From a virus: 11,244 bases of DNA. The stretch lies in UHGV virus genome UHGV-0101776, one strand, 5' to 3'. The notes beneath the pieces are model-generated. The model was not told where the DNA came from. It was given only the letters and a program-made list of their open reading frames with translations, and made no database searches. A program made the position numbers and the translations under genes. This document shows, piece after piece, positions 1 through 6,191 of the stretch (the first letter of the stretch is position 1; every line of letters starts with the position of its first letter).

Positions 1-22
1 TAAAGCTGAAAGCTTTCCGGAA

Positions 23-46
23 CCCCCAGCCTAGCTGGGGGTTTTC
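23..46 (+). terminator. Putative rho-independent terminator
   Basis: Perfect 8-bp stem cccccagc/gctggggg with a 3-nt loop (23-41), followed by tttt on the plus strand. Likely ends a plus-strand transcript from outside the window. Confidence 0.45.
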
Positions 47-56
47 TGTGCACAAT

Positions 57-96
57 AAAAAGGCCTGCGATTACCAGCAGGCCTTTATCTTTTTTT
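57..96. terminator. Bidirectional rho-independent terminator at the 3' end of the HNH gene
   Basis: 8-bp stem aggcctgc/gcaggcct (61-84) with an 8-nt loop. It is flanked by an A-run (57-60, a T-run on the minus strand) and by ttatcttttttt (85-96) on the plus strand. The hairpin sits immediately after the minus-strand stop at 85-87. Confidence 0.55.
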
Positions 97-696
97 AACA
101 CGCTTTCGAGTCCTTTTAGATTTTTCCTTAAGATATTCCGCAAGTTTATCCTCATCATTATTAAATTGAGATAAAAGCTCATGCTCGCAATTAAGTGCTT
201 TACTCGCATAAGTTCCATATAGTTTCTTTCTTGCTAGTGCTGCTATGAATGCTGCATCTTCTTTGCTATCGAAATACCCTAACGATATTGTCTTATTTTT
301 ATAACCAACATAAGACTTCCACCTGCCAGTTGTCTTATCCCAAGACACTCCAATCGCACCGGATGTGTTTAACCTATTCCCTACAATGTTTCTTGCATTC
401 TGCTCCTCTGTTGCCAGTCTTAGATTTGAAATCCTATTGTCAAGTCTGTTCCCATTTACATGATCAATAAACTTAGGAGGCCATTTTTTGTATACATAGA
501 ACCAAGCAAGTCTATGCGCATAATACAAAACATTATTTATGCTAATGCATATATAACCACCACTAACACCTCCAGCAATACTACCTTTTACTCTTACTAC
601 TGAATTTGTTTTTAGCCATTTAAATATTCCTGTTTCTGAGTCATATGATAATGTTGACAGAAGCTCATCGTGATCAATTAGTTTTTTTATTCGCAT
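85..696 (-). CDS. HNH homing endonuclease with AP2-type DNA-binding domain
   Basis: 203-aa ORF. HNH motif IDHVNGNRLDNRISNLRLATEEQNARN, followed by an AP2-like segment GVSWDKTTGRWKSYVGYKNKTISLGYFDSKEDAAFIAALARKKLYG. Visibly AT-rich compared with the adjacent helicase gene. No obvious SD before the ATG at 696. Confidence 0.8.
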   Translation of the reverse strand: MRIKKLIDHDELLSTLSYDSETGIFKWLKTNSVVRVKGSIAGGVSGGYICISINNVLYYAHRLAWFYVYKKWPPKFIDHVNGNRLDNRISNLRLATEEQNARNIVGNRLNTSGAIGVSWDKTTGRWKSYVGYKNKTISLGYFDSKEDAAFIAALARKKLYGTYASKALNCEHELLSQFNNDEDKLAEYLKEKSKRTRKRVKKR

Positions 697-778
697 AAAG
701 AATATACTTAATAATATATACAGTAAGAACCATTAGTAACGATAACCCTGCTATCAGCTCAGTGATGTAGATGGTCAT
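674..778 (-). CDS. Small hydrophobic peptide (34 aa), possibly translationally coupled to the helicase
   Basis: The ATG overlaps the helicase TGA stop (TGATG) and is preceded by a strong SD, AAAGGAGG, 7 nt upstream. Product MTIYITELIAGLSLLMVLTVYIIKYILYANKKTN has a single predicted TM helix. Overlaps the HNH start by 23 nt. Below the ORF-track size cutoff. Confidence 0.3.
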   Translation of the reverse strand: MTIYITELIAGLSLLMVLTVYIIKYILYANKKTN

Positions 779-2214
779 CAGAATCCTCCTTTCTTCTTGG
801 ATTGCGGTTCCTCGCGTTCACGGCGGCGCATTTCAGCGGACTGTTGGTCTGTGTCATAAATAGCGCCATTTGCCTGAATGCAATACACCGTGCCGGTATT
901 GCCATGACGATTGAGACGAAGGATTAGTTCGGTTTCACCAGGTGGAACACTGTCATCAAAAGCACCTTCACGATGGATCCCCACCCAATAATCGCAATCC
1001 TGTTCAATCTGCCCTGTATCTCGTGAGTCACTTGGTAATGGGCGTTTATTGGTTCTGCTTTCCAGTGCGCGGTTAAGCTGCGTCAGAAGCACAACAACGC
1101 AATCAAGCTCTTTGGCAAGGTTCTTCAGTCCTTTGGTGATCATGCCGTAAGCAAGGTCGTTGCGATCGGCCTTCTCAGCAGTCATTAGTGTCAGGTAATC
1201 GACCAGAATCATGCCAACACATCCTTTTTCTCGCTTGATTCGACGACTTTCGCTGACGATTTGAGCCAGAGATAATCCCGGCGTGTCGTCGATGTAAAGC
1301 AGGTCGATTTCACTCAAGCGATTGGCTGTTTCGATCGCCCTGTTGAAGTCACCATCGTAATCACCCTGATAGCCGTCATCAGCGTCATTTGTCGCCGGAA
1401 GGTAAAAAATATTCGGGTTAACACCTGACTTCTGTCCTACCAGTTTTTCCAGTATCTGGTCACCGGGCATTTCAAGGCTGAACATCAGAGCGGGCTTTTT
1501 CTCATGCACTGCGCAGTTGATTGCCATCTGGCTGTATAGCGTCGTTTTCCCCATCTTAGGGCGAGCGCCAATGACAAACAGAGAGCCTTTCACCAGACCT
1601 TTCGGTGACAGCATCCTGTCCAGCGATGGGATCCCTGTGCTCATTCCTCGTTGTTCGCCTGACGGGTCAAATCGCTTCTCAAGGTCGCTAACCCAGTCTT
1701 CCATGACCTCACCAAATGAGCGAAGGCCGCGACGCGATCCGGTTTTTGCATGGTCTGTCAGTTGCGTAAAAATCGCCTGAATAGCTTCGTACTTCTGCGT
1801 CGCAGTCATTCCGTTGCGGGAATAGAGCAATTCCGTCGCTTCAGTCATGCGGTTGATGGCGTAGCGTTCCATTGCGGTTTCACGAACCTGCATTGCATAG
1901 GCAACGATGTTTGCTGCGCTTGGCGTGTTCTTTGCGATCTCAGCGATATAAGCAAAACCGCCAACAGACGCCGTTAACGATTTACGCTCCAGTTCATCGA
2001 AAAGCGTCAGGCCATCTACTGGCTTTTGCTCCCGGTGCATTCTGGTTATTTCTTCGAAAAGGATTTTGTGTGGTCGGCTGTAAAATGAATCAGGCTTCAG
2101 CATCGCCAGAACTTTCTGGACGCGCTCACTGCTGTCATCATCCAGAAGCAATCCACCAATCACCGCCTGCTCTGCCTCGATGCTATGGGGCGGCGCATAA
2201 AAATTATCGGTCAT
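778..2214 (-). CDS. DnaB-family replicative DNA helicase (phage P22 gene 12-type)
   Basis: Walker A GARPKMGKTTL, Walker B-like ILVDYLTLM and the DnaB-like LLTQLNR motif. The ATG at 2214 overlaps the upstream initiator stop (ATGACCGATAA) with GAGG upstream. The ORF track's longer form starts at a GTG at 2229; the ATG is preferred. Confidence 0.88.
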   Translation of the reverse strand: MTDNFYAPPHSIEAEQAVIGGLLLDDDSSERVQKVLAMLKPDSFYSRPHKILFEEITRMHREQKPVDGLTLFDELERKSLTASVGGFAYIAEIAKNTPSAANIVAYAMQVRETAMERYAINRMTEATELLYSRNGMTATQKYEAIQAIFTQLTDHAKTGSRRGLRSFGEVMEDWVSDLEKRFDPSGEQRGMSTGIPSLDRMLSPKGLVKGSLFVIGARPKMGKTTLYSQMAINCAVHEKKPALMFSLEMPGDQILEKLVGQKSGVNPNIFYLPATNDADDGYQGDYDGDFNRAIETANRLSEIDLLYIDDTPGLSLAQIVSESRRIKREKGCVGMILVDYLTLMTAEKADRNDLAYGMITKGLKNLAKELDCVVVLLTQLNRALESRTNKRPLPSDSRDTGQIEQDCDYWVGIHREGAFDDSVPPGETELILRLNRHGNTGTVYCIQANGAIYDTDQQSAEMRRREREEPQSKKKGGF

Positions 2215-3094
2215 CGTGTTCACCCTCACGAACTTTCAGGTAGGTATTATCGTTAAGCAGGAAATCAAATCCCTTTTTGTGCCAGACGGTTCCGCGTTGA
2301 TGGTTTGGGCGCTCTTCGAACATCCATCGGCAATTTTCGCCAACGTAGCTCAAATAATTTCTCCAGTCCTGCATCGTGAACCCATGCCCGTCAAGTTGGC
2401 GTGTTATTACTCCGGCTTTGCGCCAGAACGTTCGGATCTGGTTTTTACGCTTGTCATTCAGTGCGCGGATTCTTGGCGCTTCAGGAAGGATTTCGTGGTA
2501 AGCATCGACAACATCCTGACAGCTGACGGAAGGTTTTTTCTTGTCAGACTTTTTGTCTGCTGTGGCACTCTCTAATACGTCAGTATTAGAGATATTATTT
2601 ATATTATTGTTTATGGACAACCGTTGGACAACCGTTGGACAATCTCCGCTGAGAGCCGCGCCATTACTGGTGTTTGCGTTGGACAACCGTTGGACAACCG
2701 TTGGACAATTTTTTGCCTGAAAATCGTCATATTTAACGATTGTAAACAGGCTAAATTTCTTCCCCATCGAGCAAATATTAAGCATCCCTTTCGACTCAAA
2801 AGTCCGTAATAAGCTCCGAACTTTGTTGTCGGGGATGAATGTTTCTCTGACCAGCGACGGGCGTCCAGTTATCATCTGACCGCGATCAACAGTTATCGGC
2901 CCGATATCCGTATTGACGACAGTAGATTCGTGATTAGCCTTGAGGATTAAGTGAAGCCAAAGATGTACTGCCTGAGAGTCCTTATAGAGCCTGCTGTCCA
3001 TAAACTGGCGGTGTATAGAGACATACCCCATACTGGATGCCTCCTGATGTTGTACAGGGTTATGCCTGTAATCAGCTAACTTAACGACGCCCAT
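2204..3094 (-). CDS. Phage replication initiator (lambda O-like role), origin embedded in the gene
   Basis: 296-aa ORF directly upstream of, and overlapping, the helicase gene. Strong SD AGGAG 6 nt before the ATG at 3094. Iteron repeats lie inside the central part of the gene (translated as the repeated CPTVVQRLS), the same arrangement as lambda O/ori. Conserved-looking C-terminal domain (TFWRKAG...GTVWHKKGFDFLLNDNTYLKV). Confidence 0.75.
   Translation of the reverse strand: MGVVKLADYRHNPVQHQEASSMGYVSIHRQFMDSRLYKDSQAVHLWLHLILKANHESTVVNTDIGPITVDRGQMITGRPSLVRETFIPDNKVRSLLRTFESKGMLNICSMGKKFSLFTIVKYDDFQAKNCPTVVQRLSNANTSNGAALSGDCPTVVQRLSINNNINNISNTDVLESATADKKSDKKKPSVSCQDVVDAYHEILPEAPRIRALNDKRKNQIRTFWRKAGVITRQLDGHGFTMQDWRNYLSYVGENCRWMFEERPNHQRGTVWHKKGFDFLLNDNTYLKVREGEHDDR
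2585..2708. repeat. Replication-origin iterons plus adjacent AT-rich region
   Basis: Six copies of GGACAA at 11-bp spacing (unit GGACAACCGTT) in two clusters of three, 2615-2642 and 2681-2708. The clusters are 66 bp apart (6 x 11), so all copies are in helical phase. An AT-rich stretch at 2585-2614 flanks them on the side downstream in gene orientation. Confidence 0.75.
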
Positions 3095-3242
3095 GCTTCA
3101 CTCCTGCTTTGGCTAGTCTGTAAACACCAACAAGGCGCTCTGCGAACGCCCTGTTATTTGCTGCGGCTACCACTAATCCCTCAGGTGAATCAGGGTGTCG
3201 AATCTCTTCTTTTTCCTGGTATTTCTTACGACGTTTTGTCAT
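3078..3242 (-). CDS. Small basic hypothetical protein (54 aa) between cII and the initiator gene
   Basis: ATG at 3242 preceded by AGGAG (spacing 6). Product MTKRRKKYQEKEEIRHPDSPEGLVVAAANNRAFAERLVGVYRLAKAGVKHGRR. The stop overlaps the initiator start by 17 nt. Not in the ORF track (under 60 aa). Confidence 0.4.
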
Positions 3243-3253
3243 AATTACTCCTG

Positions 3254-3330
3254 TGGATTGATCCAGTAATTCCCTCAGAATTGCATATCAATTTGCTTAG
3301 AGTCCCCGGCGGCCACCGGGGATTTTTTCT
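3254..3330 (+). ncRNA. oop: oop-like antisense RNA overlapping the cII 3' end, with intrinsic terminator
   Basis: The segment gatccagtaat...cctcagaa... ends in the hairpin ccccgg-cggcca-ccgggg plus attttttcttt (3305-3330). It closely resembles my recollection of lambda oop RNA in sequence, length (about 77 nt) and position antisense to the cII 3' end. CATAAT at 3240-3245 is a candidate -10 for Po. Confidence 0.6.
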
Positions 3331-3571
3331 TTGTGATTCCATCAAGCGCATACTTAAAAGCCCTACTAATCGGACTGATGTCTGATGCCATTCCGAAAGC
3401 ACACAAGACTGAAGCAATAAATCTCCAGTCCGTTCTGCTTATCTTCGATTCATGACAGCCAATCATCTTTGCCAGACCGCGCTGGGTAAGCGTTGACAGG
3501 TTGATGAGTAAATCTGTTTCTGCGCGATCAACGTCACGCTGGGATAGTTTGCTGTAACTTGTTTGTTCCAT
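3275..3571 (-). CDS. cII: CII-like transcriptional activator
   Basis: 98 aa, with clear similarity to lambda CII in the HTH and C-terminal parts (...KISRTDW...KKKSPVAAGDSKQIDMQF versus lambda ...QISRWKRDW...KKRPAATERSEQIQMEF). Sits immediately downstream of cro and nutR. Confidence 0.85.
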   Translation of the reverse strand: MEQTSYSKLSQRDVDRAETDLLINLSTLTQRGLAKMIGCHESKISRTDWRFIASVLCAFGMASDISPISRAFKYALDGITKKKSPVAAGDSKQIDMQF

Positions 3572-3585
3572 TTCTTATGATTTCC
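3549..3585 (+). promoter_or_regulatory. Candidate PRE establishment promoter with CII-binding repeat
   Basis: TTGC-N6-TTGT at 3549-3562 on the plus strand, inside cII codons 3-7. This is the same position as the TTGC-N6-TTGC CII site of lambda PRE. A TATGAT -10-like hexamer lies at 3577-3582. Orientation would drive transcription antisense through cro into cI. Confidence 0.5.
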
Positions 3586-3656
3586 AATAGTGAATAGCTA
3601 GTTGAAAGGTATGCGTGGAAACGCATATGGCCTTGGTTGGTCAGATATTCTGGGAT

Positions 3657-3702
3657 TCGCTTTTCAGCGACGTAGGACGAATGTCCGTTGTTACAAAGAG
3701 CG
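3657..3702 (-). promoter_or_regulatory. nutR-like site (boxA plus boxB hairpin)
   Basis: On the minus-strand transcript just after the cro stop: boxA-like CGCTCTTTG (reverse complement of 3694-3702), then after about 23 nt the hairpin UCGCU-GAAA-AGCGA (reverse complement of 3657-3670), a 5-bp stem with a GNRA-type loop like lambda boxB. Confidence 0.5.
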
Positions 3703-3709
3703 GGGTTAC

Positions 3710-3943
3710 TTATGCTGCTGATGCTCTACGCGATACGAACACCAGATTTTCCTTTTTCACAGGTTTATAACCCGTGAAATTACGAGTGGCTTCTTCGATT
3801 GCATTCGCTTTATCTGGGGAAGCTCTTCGAAACCCATATGCAATCTGATCAAGATAGCCAACTGAAGTATTCGCTAATGCGGCGAGTCGCTTCCATTCCT
3901 CACTAGAAGCCTCTTTTCGCCAGCGTAGTAGTTCATTACTCAT
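3710..3943 (-). CDS. cro: Cro-like HTH repressor
   Basis: 77-aa ORF divergent from cI across the operator region, first gene of the operon containing cII. GGAGG SD 6 nt before the ATG. HTH-like segment WKRLAALANTSVGYLDQIAYG. Confidence 0.7.
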   Translation of the reverse strand: MSNELLRWRKEASSEEWKRLAALANTSVGYLDQIAYGFRRASPDKANAIEEATRNFTGYKPVKKENLVFVSRRASAA

Positions 3944-4056
3944 TAGTGCCTCCGTTTATCACACAGAGCAACTTTACCATTTTGATAAATAAACTGCAAT
4001 GGAGATTTATCAAAATGCGTATTTATCCATTTGCTAAATAGAGGGAGAATCGTGGG
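3944..4056. promoter_or_regulatory. OR operator region with divergent promoters (PR toward cro, PRM toward cI)
   Basis: Three ATTTATC-containing operator-like sites: reverse complement of 3973-3989 (TTTATCAAAATGGTAAA), 4006-4022 (TTTATCAAAATGCGTAT) and 4022-4038 (TTTATCCATTTGCTAAA). Candidate PR on the minus strand: -35 TTGCAG (reverse complement of 3994-3999), 17-bp spacer, -10 TAAAGT (reverse complement of 3971-3976). PRM was not confidently placed. Confidence 0.7.
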
Positions 4057-4761
4057 ATGGAAAACAAAGATATTCGCAAATCGAATCTGGCGTTTTTGCT
4101 AGATGAGCATAAAAAAATCGCGGGTAACACTAATGCAAGCTTTGCCGATAAGCTTGGAGTTAGCCCTTCTCAACTCACGCAAGTCTCCGGTGAAAAAAGC
4201 ACTCGAAACATAGGGGATAAACTAGCAAGAAAATTCGAAGCCGCACTTGGGTTACCTAATGGGTGGCTTGATTTGGTACATGATGTAACACCAATTGCAT
4301 CATGCTCAGATTCTTTAACTTTTGTCGGTCAGGTAAGAAAAGGGTTAGTGCGCGTGGTTGGTGAGGCAATTCTTGGTGTTGATGGTGCCATCGAGATGAC
4401 CGAAGAGCGCGATGGGTGGCTCAAGATTTATAGCGATGATCCAGATGCCTTTGGTCTTCGTGTGAAAGGAGACAGCATGTGGCCTAGAATAAAATCAGGA
4501 GAATATGTACTCATTGAGCCTAACACCAAAGTATTCCCGGGGGATGAGGTGTTTGTCAGAACCGTTGAAGGACACAACATGATCAAGATTCTTGGCTATG
4601 ACAGAGATGGAGAATACCAATTTACAAGCATCAACCAGGACCACAGGCCAATAACGTTACCTTATCATCAAGTAGCAAAGGTGGAGTATGTGGCTGGTAT
4701 TCTGAAGCAATCTCGTCATCTGGATGACATCGAGGCAAGGGAGTGGCTGAAAAGTTTGTGA
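4057..4761 (+). CDS. cI: CI-type prophage repressor (N-terminal HTH, C-terminal S24/LexA-like autopeptidase)
   Basis: 234 aa. N-terminal HTH region; C-terminal domain with the GDSMWP serine motif typical of LexA/CI self-cleaving repressors. SD GAGGGAG upstream. Divergent from cro. Confidence 0.88.
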   Translation: MENKDIRKSNLAFLLDEHKKIAGNTNASFADKLGVSPSQLTQVSGEKSTRNIGDKLARKFEAALGLPNGWLDLVHDVTPIASCSDSLTFVGQVRKGLVRVVGEAILGVDGAIEMTEERDGWLKIYSDDPDAFGLRVKGDSMWPRIKSGEYVLIEPNTKVFPGDEVFVRTVEGHNMIKILGYDRDGEYQFTSINQDHRPITLPYHQVAKVEYVAGILKQSRHLDDIEAREWLKSL

Positions 4762-4884
4762 CTTCAAGTACGCGACAAGCCCCGTCCTTCAGGGCGTGGA
4801 GGATGTCAAAATAACTTTAAATAACACACCACCAACATTTAACACATTGAATTAAAAAACCTACAATATTTGATGAGAGGCGTT

Positions 4885-5205
4885 ATGGAACCGGTCAAAA
4901 TTAAACCATCTGTGGATTATATTGAAACCTATGCGGACTTCGCTAGTTTTGCTCCACTACCGGGAGCGGAAAAAAATCTCATTTGTATACATTTTATCGC
5001 AAACAAGTCAATACCTGCGGTACTATCCCAAAATGATATACCAGATCAACCAGGTAGAGCGAATATGCAGATAGGCTCTGTAAATGAACTCAATCAGCAA
5101 TGCACTGTGATAATGCCAATGGCACAACTAAAGGCTCTTCAAGAGAATATAGTTCTTCTTTTCGAACAATTAGAGGCACAAAACTCTAATGGAGCGAAGT
5201 CGTAA
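4885..5205 (+). CDS. Hypothetical protein A of a two-gene moron in the rexA/rexB-equivalent slot
   Basis: ORF-track ORF 4870..5205. Preferred start is the ATG at 4885, with GAGG 5 nt upstream (alternative ATG at 4873). 107 aa with no recognisable motif. AT-rich. The stop overlaps the next start (TAATG). Confidence 0.5.
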   Translation: MEPVKIKPSVDYIETYADFASFAPLPGAEKNLICIHFIANKSIPAVLSQNDIPDQPGRANMQIGSVNELNQQCTVIMPMAQLKALQENIVLLFEQLEAQNSNGAKS

Positions 5206-5888
5206 TGCAACAACCGGAAGAAGTAGGTGATTTAACTATTACTTACAAAACATCAAGTATTGTTAAACCACTGCAAGTTTCCCTGAATAACGTTAATACT
5301 CGCGATTTCATGATGTTCATGGAAACAGCAAAAGGTAATCTGTTTTCTACGCCTATTTCCTCTTATTCACCAAAAAACATGGTGGATGATGCGACCAATT
5401 CCCAGCTAACTGCTACAATCGTAGATAAAGGAGGGGTTGCCGATTGTAAAGGACAATCTAATGTTATCCCACCGTACGAGGAAACTCCTATACAGGGAAC
5501 CGCAATGTCCGATTTGAGCAGAAACGAAATACAGGCACTTCTGAAGGCAAATAAAGCTGAAGTGGATGCAGTGGCCTCAAAAATGCAGGCTGATATGGCC
5601 AAATGGCGTGAACTAATGGCTTCAGATATAAAGGAGATGAAGCATTTAGTTGTTACTCAGCACGAACAAATCAACAGTCGTCTGGACATACAATCGAGTA
5701 GAATTGAGAGTGCCCTTGACTCCCAATCAAAAAAGATCGATGCAGCTCTTTCTGTTCAAGAGGCAAAGTTAGAAGGTAAGCTTAGTGATGTTAAGCTTGA
5801 TATAATCAAATGGGCCCTTGGCTTGCCAGCATTAGCATTTACTGTATATAAAATCTACGGATTGCTCTCTGGAGTCTCAACCCCCTAA
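5205..5888 (+). CDS. Hypothetical membrane-anchored coiled-coil protein B of the two-gene moron
   Basis: 227 aa. N-terminal globular part, a central heptad-like coiled-coil region (about residues 110-200) and a C-terminal hydrophobic helix IIKWALGLPALAFTVYKIYGLLSGV. Start overlaps the stop of protein A. Followed by an intrinsic terminator. Confidence 0.6.
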   Translation: MQQPEEVGDLTITYKTSSIVKPLQVSLNNVNTRDFMMFMETAKGNLFSTPISSYSPKNMVDDATNSQLTATIVDKGGVADCKGQSNVIPPYEETPIQGTAMSDLSRNEIQALLKANKAEVDAVASKMQADMAKWRELMASDIKEMKHLVVTQHEQINSRLDIQSSRIESALDSQSKKIDAALSVQEAKLEGKLSDVKLDIIKWALGLPALAFTVYKIYGLLSGVSTP

Positions 5889-5893
5889 TACAC

Positions 5894-5920
5894 ACCCGGC
5901 CTCAGTGCCGGGTTTTCTTT
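5894..5920 (+). terminator. Rho-independent terminator ending the cI-moron transcription unit
   Basis: Hairpin acccggc-ctcagt-gccgggt followed by tttcttt, immediately after the protein B stop and before OL. Confidence 0.7.
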
Positions 5921-6046
5921 GCCTCACGATCCCCACACCTAATAACACCATAACCAATTGTATTTGTTGAAAAATAAACAGATACAACTCACTAAAACGC
6001 GCAATTCTGATCCCCCTCAAGTCTCTTTATTCCTTCTGATAAATTC

Positions 6047-6145
6047 CTGCAATCAAATAAAAAACCATAATAATCAACAGGATATTTGAAAACTAAAACA
6101 ATTTATCATTTTGCTATTGCCATTAATTTATCATTTCGATAAAGT
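6047..6145 (+). promoter_or_regulatory. OL operator region with candidate PL promoter
   Basis: ATTTATC-containing operator-like sites at 6047-6054 (inverted), 6101-6116 (ATTTATCATTTTGCTA, near-identical to the OR site at 4021-4036) and the palindrome TTTATCATTTCGATAAA at 6127-6143. Candidate PL: -35 TTGCCA (6117-6122), 17-bp spacer, -10 TAAAGT (6140-6145). This is the same architecture as the candidate PR. Confidence 0.7.
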
Positions 6146-6191
6146 TAACTCATCAGCAGGACGCTGTAAGCCAAACGGAACAGACTGGCAG

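Noticed and set aside
249-470. Plus-strand ORF 249..470 (73 aa)
   Set aside because: Antisense to the HNH endonuclease gene, no SD, and a low-complexity product.
1517-2575. Plus-strand ORFs 1517..1780, 1750..1977, 1872..2243 and 2216..2575
   Set aside because: All are antisense to the helicase and initiator genes, which have strong motif support. None has an SD, and they overlap one another in different frames.
2615-2708. Possible CRISPR array
   Set aside because: Units are only 11 bp with no unique spacers of CRISPR size, and they lie inside a replication initiator gene. These are origin iterons.
2611-2809. ORF-track ORFs 2611..2799 (-) and 2624..2809 (+) spanning the repeat region
   Set aside because: They lie in alternative frames over the iteron array inside the initiator gene. 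The repeated peptide segments are artefacts of the DNA repeats, not independent genes.
3226-3417. Minus-strand ORF 3226..3417 (63 aa)
   Set aside because: An alternative frame overlapping the cII 3' end and the oop region; cII, in the other frame, has clear family similarity.
4762-4884. Intrinsic terminator between cI and the moron
   Set aside because: No clean stem-loop plus T-run was found. cI and the two-gene cassette are probably co-transcribed, perhaps with a weak internal promoter near 4838-4867 that I could not support well.
5363-5602. Minus-strand ORF 5363..5602 (79 aa)
   Set aside because: Antisense within protein B of the moron, with no SD.
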